Below are positions 37,482 through 47,455 of a DNA stretch of 64,000 bases, piece by piece (position 1 is the first letter of the stretch; each line of letters opens with the position of its first letter). The notes beneath the pieces are model-generated. The model was not told where the DNA came from. It searched no databases and saw nothing but the letters and a program-made list of their open reading frames with translations. This DNA comes from Patescibacteria group bacterium (lineage in GTDB: Bacteria > Patescibacteriota > Microgenomatia > UBA1400 > PJMF01): NCBI GenBank assembly GCA_052035325.1, contig JBPOHR010000011.1, positions 8,131 to 72,130 of the forward strand, in the 5' to 3' direction. Both the position numbers and the translations under genes were made by a program.

Positions 37482-40202
37482 ATGGTGGAAATACTAGACC
37501 GCGCCCGCGGTAAGATTAAATACTACTGGTGGAAAGTCCGAACCGAGATGGCTAGAAGACGGTTAGCGTATCAACGTTTGTCAGTGATGGAAAAACGCCT
37601 GATGTGGATCAAGTGGCTCAGAATTGCCGGAATTGGTCTGTTGGCCTTGGTAGTACTGGGAATTGTGACCTTTTTCATGATGTGGTTGTATTTCTCCCGA
37701 GAACTGCCAAAACCTGGAGAAATTGTTCGACGAGATGGGTTTAGTACTCGGCTTTATGATCGCAATGGGCAGTTTCTCTATGATTTATTTGACGAACAAC
37801 GTCGTGTCCAGGTTCGCATTGATCAAGTTCCAGATGATTTGAAAAAAGCCACGGTGGCTGTAGAGGACAAAGATTTCTACAAACATGGTGGCTTTGACAT
37901 GATGACTATCATCAGAATCCCGTATAACGCAATCGTTCGGCAACGGGTAGTGGGCGGTTCGACACTAACCCAACAATTAGTTAAAACTGTCTTTTTGACC
38001 AACGAGCGAAGTGTTATCCGCAAGGCAAAAGAGCTTATATTGTCGCTCCAGATAGAGCGAACCTTTACCAAGGATCAGATTCTGGAAATGTATCTCAATG
38101 AGGTGCCGTACGGAGGCACTGCTGCTGGTGTAGGTGCAGCAGCTGAAGTGTATTTCAATAAGCCCGTGTCGCAACTGAGTTTGGTAGAGTCAGCAATCCT
38201 AGCTGGTTTGCCTCAACGGCCATCGGCGTACTCTCCGTATGCGGGCAAGACCGATGAAAATGGTGATCCTCTCTGGAAAGTTCGGGCTCGTGGAGTGTTG
38301 CGTCGGATGCAGGAAGATGGCTATGTCACTGATTTGGCGTACGAAGATGCACTTGCCCAACTTGACACTGTTCAGTTTCAGCGAGGTGCAGGAAATATCA
38401 ATGCCCCTCACTTTGTCTTTTATGTCCAGCAGAAGTTGGCAGAAATTGTCGGTGAGGAAGCAGTCCAGCGTGGTGGTCTAAAAGTCACTACGACGCTAGA
38501 TCTCGAACTGCAAAATCAAGCTCAAGAAATCGTTAAAGAAGAAATTGAAAAAGTGAAAACATTTAATATCACCAATGGCGCGGCAATGGTGACAGATCCA
38601 AGGACGGGTGAAATCATCAGCATGATCGGCAGTAAGGACTATTTTGCCGAGGATATTGATGGCCAGTACAATGTGGCGGTCGATGCACTCCGTCAACCTG
38701 GTTCATCGATCAAGCCTGTTACCTACTTGGCCATGTTCCAGCGAGGCTACACGCCCGCTAGCATTTTGATGGATGTGGAAACGACGTTCCAAGGGACAAC
38801 TGCGGAGAAACCATACAATCCTAAAAACTACGATGGTAAGTTCCATGGGCCAGTGACGTTGCGCAACAGTCTAGGTAGTTCACTCAACATTCCTGCTGTT
38901 AAGTCGATGGGCATTGTTGGCTTGCCAAACTTCTTGACGTTGGCGTATGATCTTGGTTTCCCCACGTTTGAGCCAAATGAAACAAATCTGAAACGGTTTG
39001 GGTTAGCACTGACTTTAGGTGGTGGTGAAGTGCACATGATCGATACGGTGACGGCCTACAGTGCCTTTGCCAATGGTGGATATAAAGTTGAGCCAACGTC
39101 AATTTTGAAAATTGAAGATAAAGACAGCAATGTGATTTTTGAGCATCATGCCGTTCAAGGTCGACAGGTGATTAAACCAGAAGAAGCTTTTTTGATTAAC
39201 TCTATCTTGTCAGATAATACCGCTCGGTTGATGGCATTTGGAGCGAATTCACTCCTAAATACCAAAAAACCAATTGCGGTAAAGACGGGAACTACCAACG
39301 AGCAAAAAGATAACTGGGCTGTCGGTTGGAGTCGCGAAGTGATGGTGGCTGCTTGGGTAGGAAATAATGATAATTCCTCGATGACCAAAGTGGCATCAGG
39401 TATCACAGGGGCTTCTCCGATTTGGCGCCGCATTATTGATGCAGCACTAGCCAAAGGATACAAAGCTCCTGAATGGGAAGTTCCGGCCGGTGTAGAAAAA
39501 GTAAAATTGGATACGGCTTCGGGGTATCCCGAACATGACGGCTTTCCGAGTGCTGAAGAATGGGTGATTAAGGAACTTGCCCCCACTCTTCCAGACCCAA
39601 TTCACACTAAATTAAAGCTCTGTCGAGGTGAAAATAAATTAGCTAATGAGTCGCGAATTGGTGCAGGTGATTACGATGAAAAAGAGTTTGTGGTATATCG
39701 TGAAGATGATCCTGTCAGCAAAGATGGGGTTAATCGCTGGCAACAAGCAATTGATGCTTGGATTAATGCCCAGACTGATGGTAAATATAAGCCACCGACG
39801 GAATATTGTGGCAGTGATAGTGATGTGGCAGTGACGTTGCGTCAACCAGAAAATGAAAAGAGATACGACGGTGAAAGTATCAACGTGGAAATTGAGGCTG
39901 CATCAGGCGACGGAATTGAAAAAATTGAACTGTGGGTCGACGGTAGTCTGCGCGAGACAATCAACGATCGTCAGTATCGTGGTACGTTGAATCTAGGTGC
40001 AGGTCAACACGAAGTATATGCTCGTGCAAGATCACGAGGTGGCAAAGAGGCACAAAGCAATGTGGCACGAATCGGTACTGGTGGCCAAGACTGGAAAAAG
40101 CCGGATCCATCGCCTATCCCTACTCCTTCACCAACTCCTCAGCCTACCCCAAGTCCAACTCCGGTGGCATCTCCGAGTTTTACTCCGTCACCGAGTCCTT
40201 GA
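37482..40202 (+). CDS. mrcA: Class A penicillin-binding protein (bifunctional transglycosylase/transpeptidase) with PT-rich C-terminal tail
   Basis: N-terminal TM, GT51 motifs (EDKDFYKHGG, GGSTLTQQLVK), transpeptidase SxxK/KTG (KTGTTNE); tail PSPIPTPSPTPQPTPSPTP. Confidence 0.85.
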   Translation: MVEILDRARGKIKYYWWKVRTEMARRRLAYQRLSVMEKRLMWIKWLRIAGIGLLALVVLGIVTFFMMWLYFSRELPKPGEIVRRDGFSTRLYDRNGQFLYDLFDEQRRVQVRIDQVPDDLKKATVAVEDKDFYKHGGFDMMTIIRIPYNAIVRQRVVGGSTLTQQLVKTVFLTNERSVIRKAKELILSLQIERTFTKDQILEMYLNEVPYGGTAAGVGAAAEVYFNKPVSQLSLVESAILAGLPQRPSAYSPYAGKTDENGDPLWKVRARGVLRRMQEDGYVTDLAYEDALAQLDTVQFQRGAGNINAPHFVFYVQQKLAEIVGEEAVQRGGLKVTTTLDLELQNQAQEIVKEEIEKVKTFNITNGAAMVTDPRTGEIISMIGSKDYFAEDIDGQYNVAVDALRQPGSSIKPVTYLAMFQRGYTPASILMDVETTFQGTTAEKPYNPKNYDGKFHGPVTLRNSLGSSLNIPAVKSMGIVGLPNFLTLAYDLGFPTFEPNETNLKRFGLALTLGGGEVHMIDTVTAYSAFANGGYKVEPTSILKIEDKDSNVIFEHHAVQGRQVIKPEEAFLINSILSDNTARLMAFGANSLLNTKKPIAVKTGTTNEQKDNWAVGWSREVMVAAWVGNNDNSSMTKVASGITGASPIWRRIIDAALAKGYKAPEWEVPAGVEKVKLDTASGYPEHDGFPSAEEWVIKELAPTLPDPIHTKLKLCRGENKLANESRIGAGDYDEKEFVVYREDDPVSKDGVNRWQQAIDAWINAQTDGKYKPPTEYCGSDSDVAVTLRQPENEKRYDGESINVEIEAASGDGIEKIELWVDGSLRETINDRQYRGTLNLGAGQHEVYARARSRGGKEAQSNVARIGTGGQDWKKPDPSPIPTPSPTPQPTPSPTPVASPSFTPSPSP

Positions 40203-41499
40203 TATTTGCCTCCTGTTCCAATGTTAAGAAGCACATCACATAGGCAGCGATAAAAACAACTCCTTGGTTGAGGGTTATTGCGTAGTGATCCCAGGACAGA
40301 ATGGGAGAAATGAGTGCAACGGGTGTTAGTACTTGGAGCAGCGTGCCCTCTTTTTTTAATACATATAGTCCAGCAGCACCAATTGCTATTCCTACCCATC
40401 CAGTCTCTACCAGCCACACAAGAACAACATGGTGTGGCGGCTGTGCAAAACGACTCAATTCCGGTGATGATGTTTGAGCGGCAGCCAGACGAGCACTCTG
40501 ACCTAGACCGGTCATTGAGAAGGGATTTGAGATGAAGTATTGGAGGCTTACCCTTTGGAGCTCTTGTCGCCGAAAGACTGATATATGTTGAGATGGGGGT
40601 GGTACTAGTGCTAGTAGCAGTGGTGTGAGCACTAACGTGCATAATGCTGTAGCCACTAACCAGTTTGTATATTTTTTGGGAATCAAAAAGTACAGCACGA
40701 GCACTGCCAAGCTTGCTGCTGCGCTTGCAGAGACAGTGATAAGTACGGTTATGGCTGTGACACTTAGGCCTACGCCCCACCACCAACGAGTGAGTTTGTT
40801 TTTCTTTAGGCTGGTCACGATGGATGCACCAATTCCCCAGTATCCAACAATTAGGCCAGCTAGAACATTGGGATGCGGGGTCGTCCCGTATGCAAGAAGC
40901 AGTGATCTGCCATTCCAGACAGTTGTAGCTAAACCAAATGGTTGTGGTAACAATGGTTCGCCAAACAGTTGGTAGCCCGCCAATGAGTGCTGAGTCACGA
41001 ATTGGTACACACCAAGAGCTGTTTGTGTCACCATGGTGGTGGCAAGTGCTGCCAATATCCAGTGCCATTTGATAGTAGCTCTTTTTTGGAAAACCCACCA
41101 GAAAAAAGTTCCCAACACCCCAAATCTGATTAACCAAGACAAAGCAATCCATGGGAATGGTGTCAATAGCTGTGTGCAGATCCCAATCAGTACCAATGTG
41201 CCGATGAGAAAATACTGCCAAGGCAATCTAAGATGAACCACTTTCTTTAAGTGAAGTGTTGCCCATACGATCAGTACAATGTCACTGGTATACAGTTTTA
41301 TAACTAAATAATCCAAGAATAAACCACTGGCATACGCATGCTCAACACCAAACTTCACAAACCAATTCCAAGGAGCGACAAGGAATAGCAGAGTCAACCA
41401 AAGTGTTGGTGACGATATGTTATTTTTGCAATTCACCAACCAGTGCGACGCCTTCGTTAACCAAGCGTTCCACCAGCTGTCGGCGGATAGGTGTGACAT
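40180..41499 (-). CDS. Polytopic membrane protein, O-antigen ligase/Wzy-like (start uncertain)
   Basis: About 10 hydrophobic segments, Trp/Phe-rich; the ATG at 41568 would overlap the pheT 3' end by 148 nt, so an internal start is more likely. Confidence 0.35.
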   Translation of the reverse strand: MSHLSADSWWNAWLTKASHWLVNCKNNISSPTLWLTLLFLVAPWNWFVKFGVEHAYASGLFLDYLVIKLYTSDIVLIVWATLHLKKVVHLRLPWQYFLIGTLVLIGICTQLLTPFPWIALSWLIRFGVLGTFFWWVFQKRATIKWHWILAALATTMVTQTALGVYQFVTQHSLAGYQLFGEPLLPQPFGLATTVWNGRSLLLAYGTTPHPNVLAGLIVGYWGIGASIVTSLKKNKLTRWWWGVGLSVTAITVLITVSASAAASLAVLVLYFLIPKKYTNWLVATALCTLVLTPLLLALVPPPSQHISVFRRQELQRVSLQYFISNPFSMTGLGQSARLAAAQTSSPELSRFAQPPHHVVLVWLVETGWVGIAIGAAGLYVLKKEGTLLQVLTPVALISPILSWDHYAITLNQGVVFIAAYVMCFLTLEQEANIKDSVTE

Positions 41500-43426
41500 C
41501 TTCTCCAGTGATATTTTCGTGCATGTTCTGGTAGTAGACAGTAAAGGTGAAGTTGCGTCCGTAGACATCCTTTAATTCAACATGTGTGATTAAAGGTGAG
41601 AAGGTTTTCATCTTCTCTAAAATCTCACCCACTGGCATGTCAACAGGAATGGCTAACGTTAAATCTTCGATAATCGGCATTGTTGTCGGAATTGGTTGAT
41701 AGTGTGGATGGCGTTGAGTTAGCGCAAGGACAGCTGACCATTCCAAATCAATGACGTTTTGGTTATTGCGTGTCCCAATCTTTCCAAGACGTACAGGTTG
41801 GCCGTCATTTGCACATGCGGAGATTGTAGCAACCTGATCCCAGCCGGTTGCACTGTCAATAGGATTGATTAAAACGTTATCAATAAACAGCTTTTCCAAC
41901 AAAAGTTCAAGCACACCACGCACATCACGATATGCTTGCTGTGAGACCAGCGTGAGGTGGAGTTCATGGTGTGGTACGTCGTGTTCTTGAGGATGATAGA
42001 CGTTGGCGATCTCGAAGACACTGGCTGGTTTTGGGGTACTTGTCATGCTGACAACCTCGATCAGTGATGGCACTAAGGATCTTCGTAAATAGATGTGGTC
42101 ATCGGTGAGCGGATTTTGTAGTTTAAGGTGATCAACTGCTTGCCAACCACTTTCGAGCGCTACAGCTTCTGAAACAAGTGAGTACGTATACAACTCTTGC
42201 CAGCCGAGATGTGCGAGAAATTGCTTCACTTTATTTTCTAAAGAAAAATCAACATCGCTTGGATAGTCGAGTGGAATACGGGTTGGCATCACTTCACTGG
42301 GAAGCCGATGGTAGCCATAGATACGAGCAATTTCTTCAATGACATCAGCAGAAATCTCCAGGTCAGGTCTGAAACTGGGTGGTGTTATAAGTAACGTGTC
42401 CCCTTTATCTTCCACAGTGCACTCTAGAGCTGACAGTATTTCGATTATTTCTGAGGTAGGTAGTGTCAAACCGAGGTAGCGTTCGACATCACTGAGCGGG
42501 AAGGTAATAGCCTGGGGTGGAAGACTATTGGGGAAGTCATCATGTACAGCACTGGCCAGCTGCGCTCCACACAGTTCGTGATACAGATTCGTCGCCGCTG
42601 CGAAGACAGGCTCTGCTGCATGAGGATCAACTTTTTTCTCATTGAGTTGAGCGGCAACCGTACGAATAGCATGGCTCATTGATGCCTGACGTACTTTTTT
42701 TGCGTCAATTGTTTCAATCCAAAACAATACGTTTTTCGTACTTTCATTAACAGAAGTGTTCAGAGTGCCTTTGATGGCAGGCAAATCAATGATTTCACCG
42801 CTGGGGTTTTTGAAAACAACTTCTCCACCTTTTGTTTCATACTGAACTCCATCAAGTGTGGTGAATTTTTCACCGACGCCTGCTTCGGTTATATTTATTT
42901 CACCACCAAGCGACATAATTTTGTCATAATCAAAGGCGTGGCACGGATGACCGAGGTCATGTGTGACGTAATTGGTAATGTCAATGACACTATCATGGAC
43001 ATTTAACTCAACTTGCCGCAGTCTTTTGGCCATCCAGTCTGGGGTGGCAGTGCGCTCGATATTTGAAAGAATACTACACAATGTGCGTGAGCACAGTGAC
43101 GGGTTGCTATGAACAATGGGCAGAGGTAGTTCACTATGAGCAGCTGCTGATGAGACTAGTTCTTGGAAACTGTGTTTCAAGGGTTTGAGTCGAGAAGGAA
43201 AGCCAGCTTTGGTGAGAATAATTGCTGCTTCTCGGGCAACACCACGCACTGACATTGAATCAACACGATTAGTAGTGATTTCAATGTCATACACGCTGTC
43301 ACCTTCACGATCATAGATTCGTTCTATGGAAGGTCCGCAGAGCGATACTTCGCGTTGCAGCTCTTCAGGCGTTGCAGTGGTTTCAAGATGTTCTAGAAGC
43401 CAGGAATGTGGGATAAGAATGTTCAT
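41420..43426 (-). CDS. pheT: Phenylalanine--tRNA ligase beta subunit
   Basis: Canonical start MNILIPHSWLLEHL (the ORF-track start at 43567 is an N-terminal over-extension), B3/B4 and B5 domains. Confidence 0.9.
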   Translation of the reverse strand: MNILIPHSWLLEHLETTATPEELQREVSLCGPSIERIYDREGDSVYDIEITTNRVDSMSVRGVAREAAIILTKAGFPSRLKPLKHSFQELVSSAAAHSELPLPIVHSNPSLCSRTLCSILSNIERTATPDWMAKRLRQVELNVHDSVIDITNYVTHDLGHPCHAFDYDKIMSLGGEINITEAGVGEKFTTLDGVQYETKGGEVVFKNPSGEIIDLPAIKGTLNTSVNESTKNVLFWIETIDAKKVRQASMSHAIRTVAAQLNEKKVDPHAAEPVFAAATNLYHELCGAQLASAVHDDFPNSLPPQAITFPLSDVERYLGLTLPTSEIIEILSALECTVEDKGDTLLITPPSFRPDLEISADVIEEIARIYGYHRLPSEVMPTRIPLDYPSDVDFSLENKVKQFLAHLGWQELYTYSLVSEAVALESGWQAVDHLKLQNPLTDDHIYLRRSLVPSLIEVVSMTSTPKPASVFEIANVYHPQEHDVPHHELHLTLVSQQAYRDVRGVLELLLEKLFIDNVLINPIDSATGWDQVATISACANDGQPVRLGKIGTRNNQNVIDLEWSAVLALTQRHPHYQPIPTTMPIIEDLTLAIPVDMPVGEILEKMKTFSPLITHVELKDVYGRNFTFTVYYQNMHENITGEDVTPIRRQLVERLVNEGVALVGELQK

Positions 43427-43433
43427 ATATGCC

Positions 43434-44597
43434 TTAGAATTGTTCCAAGAAACGATAATCGCCGCTGTATAGCAAGCGAATATCGTCGATATTGAGACCT
43501 GGTTTGAGGGTATAAGTGCGCTCCACTCCCCAACCGAAAGCAAAGCCGGTGTACTCCGATGGGTCAATGCCGCCCGCTGTTAGTACGTTTGGATGTACCA
43601 TTCCGGCACCACCGACTTCGTGCCAGCCAGACTTACAAAACTTGCATTTTTCGTTATTTTCTAGTGTGCCAGTTCCATGGCAGAGATGGCAACTAAAATC
43701 TACTTCAAATGAAGGTTCAGTGAATTGAAAGTGAAAAGGCCTGATGCGACTTTTTGTTCCTTCACCGTAAAACTCTCGAGCGAAATAATCGAGCGTCCCT
43801 TTCAAGTGTTGAATGGTGATGCCTTTATCGACTACCAGACCTTCAAATTGATGGAACATCTGGGTATGAGTGGCATCTTGCTGACGGCGATAACAACGAG
43901 CAATATTGATCATGCGAATCGGAGGTTTGCTTTGATGTCGCTCCATTTCGCGAACTTGTCCATTTGACGTATGGGGTGTGAGTACCATCTTGCCACCACC
44001 AACTAGACTTGGGTGCCGGGCGCGTGGATTGGCTGGATCATATTCAACGAAACGACTTTCATCAGGTACATCAACAAAAAAAGTTTCCCACTCATCTCGT
44101 GCTGGATGATCTGGCGGCATATTCAGTGATTCGAATGGGTACCAGTCCCAATCAACTTCTGGGTAGCGCACTCTGGTGAAGCCGATTCGCTCAAAAATAT
44201 GGGTAATTTCCTCCATAGCTTGTGAAACGGGATGTACATGGCCGATGCGTGGTTTCCGACCAGGTAGGGTGAGATCAATTTGAGTTGAGCTTTGGATTTT
44301 GGTTGAAGCAAGCTGCTGTTCGAGTTCGATTTTCAGATCGTTGAGGAGCTGACCTGCTTCTTTTCGGTTTTCTGGAGCGATATCTTTGATGTTTTTTGCT
44401 AGTTCATTGAACAGGCCTTTTTTTCCAAGATATTTGGTGTAGAGATCTGCAGCTCCGATTTGCAGATCTGTATTGAGTTGAGTGCGTATAGTTTGAATAG
44501 CGGTGTCTAAACTGTTCATGTTTTCCTCTTGATGTATGTAGTGTACTGTATTTGCCTGGTTTTGGCAGTAATTAGTCCGGTTGGTTTGTTGCTGCAC
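43434..44597 (-). CDS. pheS: Phenylalanine--tRNA ligase alpha subunit
   Basis: Class II motifs ...FHQFEGLVVDKGI..., GWAFGWGVER-like motif 3 (GFAFGWGVERT). Confidence 0.9.
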   Translation of the reverse strand: MQQQTNRTNYCQNQANTVHYIHQEENMNSLDTAIQTIRTQLNTDLQIGAADLYTKYLGKKGLFNELAKNIKDIAPENRKEAGQLLNDLKIELEQQLASTKIQSSTQIDLTLPGRKPRIGHVHPVSQAMEEITHIFERIGFTRVRYPEVDWDWYPFESLNMPPDHPARDEWETFFVDVPDESRFVEYDPANPRARHPSLVGGGKMVLTPHTSNGQVREMERHQSKPPIRMINIARCYRRQQDATHTQMFHQFEGLVVDKGITIQHLKGTLDYFAREFYGEGTKSRIRPFHFQFTEPSFEVDFSCHLCHGTGTLENNEKCKFCKSGWHEVGGAGMVHPNVLTAGGIDPSEYTGFAFGWGVERTYTLKPGLNIDDIRLLYSGDYRFLEQF

Positions 44598-44616
44598 ATT
44601 GCCGGTGTTATGTGCA

Positions 44617-44648
44617 ATAAAAAACCCCGCGGGTGCGGGGTTTTCGAG
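44617..44648 (-). terminator. Rho-independent terminator (bidirectional hairpin) downstream of rplT
   Basis: aaaaaaaCCCCGCgggtGCGGGGtttt: 6-bp GC stem, 4-nt loop, flanked by A-run and T-run. Confidence 0.75.
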
Positions 44649-44664
44649 TTTCTAAGGAACGTCC

Positions 44665-45018
44665 TTAGCCCTGCACCTTTTCGATGATGGCCTTAAACGT
44701 GCTAAAGTCTGTCACAGCAAGATCAGCGAGCACTTTGCGGTTGAGGGTAACTTGAGCCTTCTTCATGGCATTGATGACGCGTGAGTACTGTAACTTTTCG
44801 TCAATTTGACTCAAAGCAGCACTGATACGGACAATCCAGAGTGAGCGGAAGTCGCGTTTGCGTAAACGGCGGCCTTCATAAGCATATTGACCAGCGTGAA
44901 GGAGAGCTTCATGGGCGCGTTTGTAGAGACGATTATTTGCGCCACGGAAACCTTTGGTGAGACTAAGGACTTTTTTGTGGCGGCGGCGGCGGACAATGCC
45001 GGTTTTAGCACGTGACAT
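44665..45018 (-). CDS. rplT: 50S ribosomal protein L20
   Basis: MSRAKTGIVRRRRHKKVL...KGFRGA canonical L20. Confidence 0.95.
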   Translation of the reverse strand: MSRAKTGIVRRRRHKKVLSLTKGFRGANNRLYKRAHEALLHAGQYAYEGRRLRKRDFRSLWIVRISAALSQIDEKLQYSRVINAMKKAQVTLNRKVLADLAVTDFSTFKAIIEKVQG

Positions 45019-45032
45019 AGGTATCTTTCAAA

Positions 45033-45236
45033 TTACGCTAGACCAAGCATGCGCTTGATACGGCGAGCAAATTTTCCTGTTACTAAGTGTGGTACGCGAG
45101 AAGCGCGGATTGCTTTTTTACTCTTGTGACGGCGCAAGTGACGCATGTTTTGGGTGCGACGCAAGACTTTGCCGGTAGCGGTAACTTTAAAACGCTTTGC
45201 AGCGCCTTTACGAGTTTTTTGTTTGTAGCTTTTCAC
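45033..45236 (-). CDS. rpmI: 50S ribosomal protein L35
   Basis: MKSYKQKTRKGAAKRFKVTATGKV canonical L35. Confidence 0.9.
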   Translation of the reverse strand: MKSYKQKTRKGAAKRFKVTATGKVLRRTQNMRHLRRHKSKKAIRASRVPHLVTGKFARRIKRMLGLA

Positions 45237-45255
45237 AAGTATCCTCTACTCAGTA

Positions 45256-45828
45256 TTACGTTGTTGATGCTGCGGTTGCAGCAGGTCGTTTCTTGGTTGG
45301 CATGAGCTGGGCCATGACCTTTTTGCCTAGCATTTGCGGCTGGATCTCGATTGTAGCGATCTCAGCTGTTTCTGCAAACACACGTTTAAACACTTCATCA
45401 CCAAATTCTTTTTTGGTAATTAAGCGACCGCGGAACTCCATCGAGATGCGAACTTTGTCACCGTCTTCGAGAAAGTCAGTGATTTTGCGCAAGCGAGTTT
45501 GGAAATCTCCTTCGGCCATAAATGGCGTCAGACGAACTTCTTTTGTCTCTTGGCTGCGAGCTTTTTTACGGCTCTCCGCTTCTTTTTGTTGGAGTTGGTA
45601 CTTAAACTTGGCCAACTCAATGATTTTAACGATAGGAGGAGTCGATTTCTCAGTGACTAAAACAAGATCCTTACCTTCTGCTTGTGCATGCGTCATCGCC
45701 TCTGGCACAGACATGATGCCAATCATATCTCCGCGTTCGGCAAGCACTCTGACTTGCGGGAAGCGAATCTGATGATTCGACTTCACGAAGATTTTTGGTT
45801 GTCGCTTGGTAGGTCGCTTTCTAATCAC
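45256..45828 (-). CDS. infC: Translation initiation factor IF-3 (true start probably a non-ATG codon internal to the ORF)
   Basis: ...IRFPQVRVLAERGDMIGIMSVPEAMTHAQAEGKDLV... IF3 N and C domains; upstream of rpmI-rplT. Confidence 0.9.
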   Translation of the reverse strand: MIRKRPTKRQPKIFVKSNHQIRFPQVRVLAERGDMIGIMSVPEAMTHAQAEGKDLVLVTEKSTPPIVKIIELAKFKYQLQQKEAESRKKARSQETKEVRLTPFMAEGDFQTRLRKITDFLEDGDKVRISMEFRGRLITKKEFGDEVFKRVFAETAEIATIEIQPQMLGKKVMAQLMPTKKRPAATAASTT

Positions 45829-45894
45829 GTAAGTATGTCGTTCCTCGACAGGTGGCTATTATAGCATGAGGTCTTGTTGTATACTATCAGTTCT

Positions 45895-45968
45895 GAACTC
45901 GTAGCTCAGTTGGTTAGAGCGCTTCATTGACATTGAAGAGGTCAGAGGTTCGAATCCTCTCGAGTTCA
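45895..45968 (+). tRNA. tRNA-Val (anticodon GAC)
   Basis: GAACTCGTAGCTCAGTTGGTTAGAGCG...; anticodon loop TTGACAT; T-arm GGTTCGAATCC; acceptor GAACTCG/CGAGTTC. Confidence 0.8.
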
Positions 45969-45988
45969 CAAGATAGTGAAAACAGTAC

Positions 45989-47392
45989 TTAATTAGCCTG
46001 CTTAGTAATTTTGGCTAGCAATTCTTTTGCCACCTGTGCAGCTCCCTTGATGACTTCTCGTCGAGAAGGGTAGGTATCTGTGCTGGGGTCTTGTAGTACT
46101 GCACCCAGCAACGCAACCACCGCTGTTATGCGTGCCAACGTACGCATCAACAAGGTATACTGCTGATCTTGTCTGCGGTATTCATTTATCCACAAAGTGA
46201 ACAGCCTCTCAAAAGCCTCGACAGTCCTGTCATCTTCATATCCTCCGCAAGAGCTAACCAAATGATATATGCTTTCGCCAAGTTCAAAATCGTGTTGTTG
46301 TTTGTACGTATCGTTAGTGTTAGCGGTAGGTTTACTATCTGATGCAAATAGACTATCTGTTATCGGTGACAGACGTTCGAACACTTCTTGAACATATGTT
46401 TCACTACCATCATCGGGAGCCTGGAGTAACATCAGTTTCATAACCTGCAAGGCTACATCACGAACTCTCATGTTAAACACAGCAGTTTCTCCCTCTCTGT
46501 ATTTCTGGCAGATAGGAATAGCCATACGTAGTTGCCCAATAACGTAGTCGATTCTACTGGGTTGACTTTGATAATCTAGTTCTTTGCTAAGTCTGCGCAA
46601 AAACCTTTCGCCACTAGACAGTAATTCCGGATTGTTTTCTATTGCCTGCCAAAACGGCAGTGATCCTTCATATTCTCTTCTAATGTGGGAGTCAGCATCA
46701 GCAGATGTTAATCTTATAGCGGTGGCTTCTTTTTCACGATCCCATCGCTTACCGCCTGTATGAGGCCTTGCTTGTTTGACTGGCTGATGAGAAATTGGTT
46801 CTGGAGTGGATGGAAAATCTTGTCCTTTGTGTGCGATTGGTTGGTGCACATACCCAGGATGTGGTTCAAAAGCAACAAACCGCAGTTTGCCGATACATCG
46901 CTCTTTTGGTTCTACGAGTTGAAAAGTGAAGACCCAAGCACCAGAGGGCGAGTCTACATCTATCTCTACAGTTGGTTCCGTTGGGCTCATGTAGATTGTT
47001 TCACCCAATACGCCAGCACTTAGTGCTGGAAAATGTCGTGTCACCTCAAAGCCATACAATACATAGCCCGATTGCTGCTCCCTCTTGTAGCCCTTACCGA
47101 GGTCTTCAGGGTCAATGGGTACTGGGAACCGCACTATTCGCATCTTTGGAAGCAGTTGGGCTTCTAATATACGCGGAGATAAAAGTTCTTCAAATTTTTC
47201 TAAACTGATTGGTTGAGGTGTTGCAGTTTCTACGACCATTATTTGGTCGGGTGCTTGTATCGCAGCCCTGGTATTACTCTGAGTTTCTACTTTTGTTCTT
47301 ATACCAAATAGGGCGGAAAAAAGTCTTCCAAGATCGCTATTTGGAATGAGCTGTTCTCTTCTTTGTTTGGCAGGGGTATCTTCAATCGACAT
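45989..47392 (-). CDS. Hypothetical protein (467 aa), no recognisable domain
   Basis: Long ORF with coding-like composition immediately downstream of tRNA-Val. Confidence 0.4.
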   Translation of the reverse strand: MSIEDTPAKQRREQLIPNSDLGRLFSALFGIRTKVETQSNTRAAIQAPDQIMVVETATPQPISLEKFEELLSPRILEAQLLPKMRIVRFPVPIDPEDLGKGYKREQQSGYVLYGFEVTRHFPALSAGVLGETIYMSPTEPTVEIDVDSPSGAWVFTFQLVEPKERCIGKLRFVAFEPHPGYVHQPIAHKGQDFPSTPEPISHQPVKQARPHTGGKRWDREKEATAIRLTSADADSHIRREYEGSLPFWQAIENNPELLSSGERFLRRLSKELDYQSQPSRIDYVIGQLRMAIPICQKYREGETAVFNMRVRDVALQVMKLMLLQAPDDGSETYVQEVFERLSPITDSLFASDSKPTANTNDTYKQQHDFELGESIYHLVSSCGGYEDDRTVEAFERLFTLWINEYRRQDQQYTLLMRTLARITAVVALLGAVLQDPSTDTYPSRREVIKGAAQVAKELLAKITKQAN

Positions 47393-47455
47393 GCCCGCAA
47401 TAATACACCAAAACCAAGCAATAGTACATCAAAAAGTAACGTAGACTGTCAATCG

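Noticed and set aside
40139-41221. 360-aa ORF in an alternative frame on the minus strand
   Set aside because: It overlaps the hydrophobic-segment-rich frame (40180..41568) almost completely. Its translation is Cys/His/Trp-rich and non-globular-looking, whereas the other frame encodes coherent TM helices.
43427-43567. N-terminal 47 codons of the track ORF for pheT
   Set aside because: The canonical PheT N-terminus MNILIPHSWLLEHL begins at 43426. The longer version would overlap the pheS 3' end by 134 nt.
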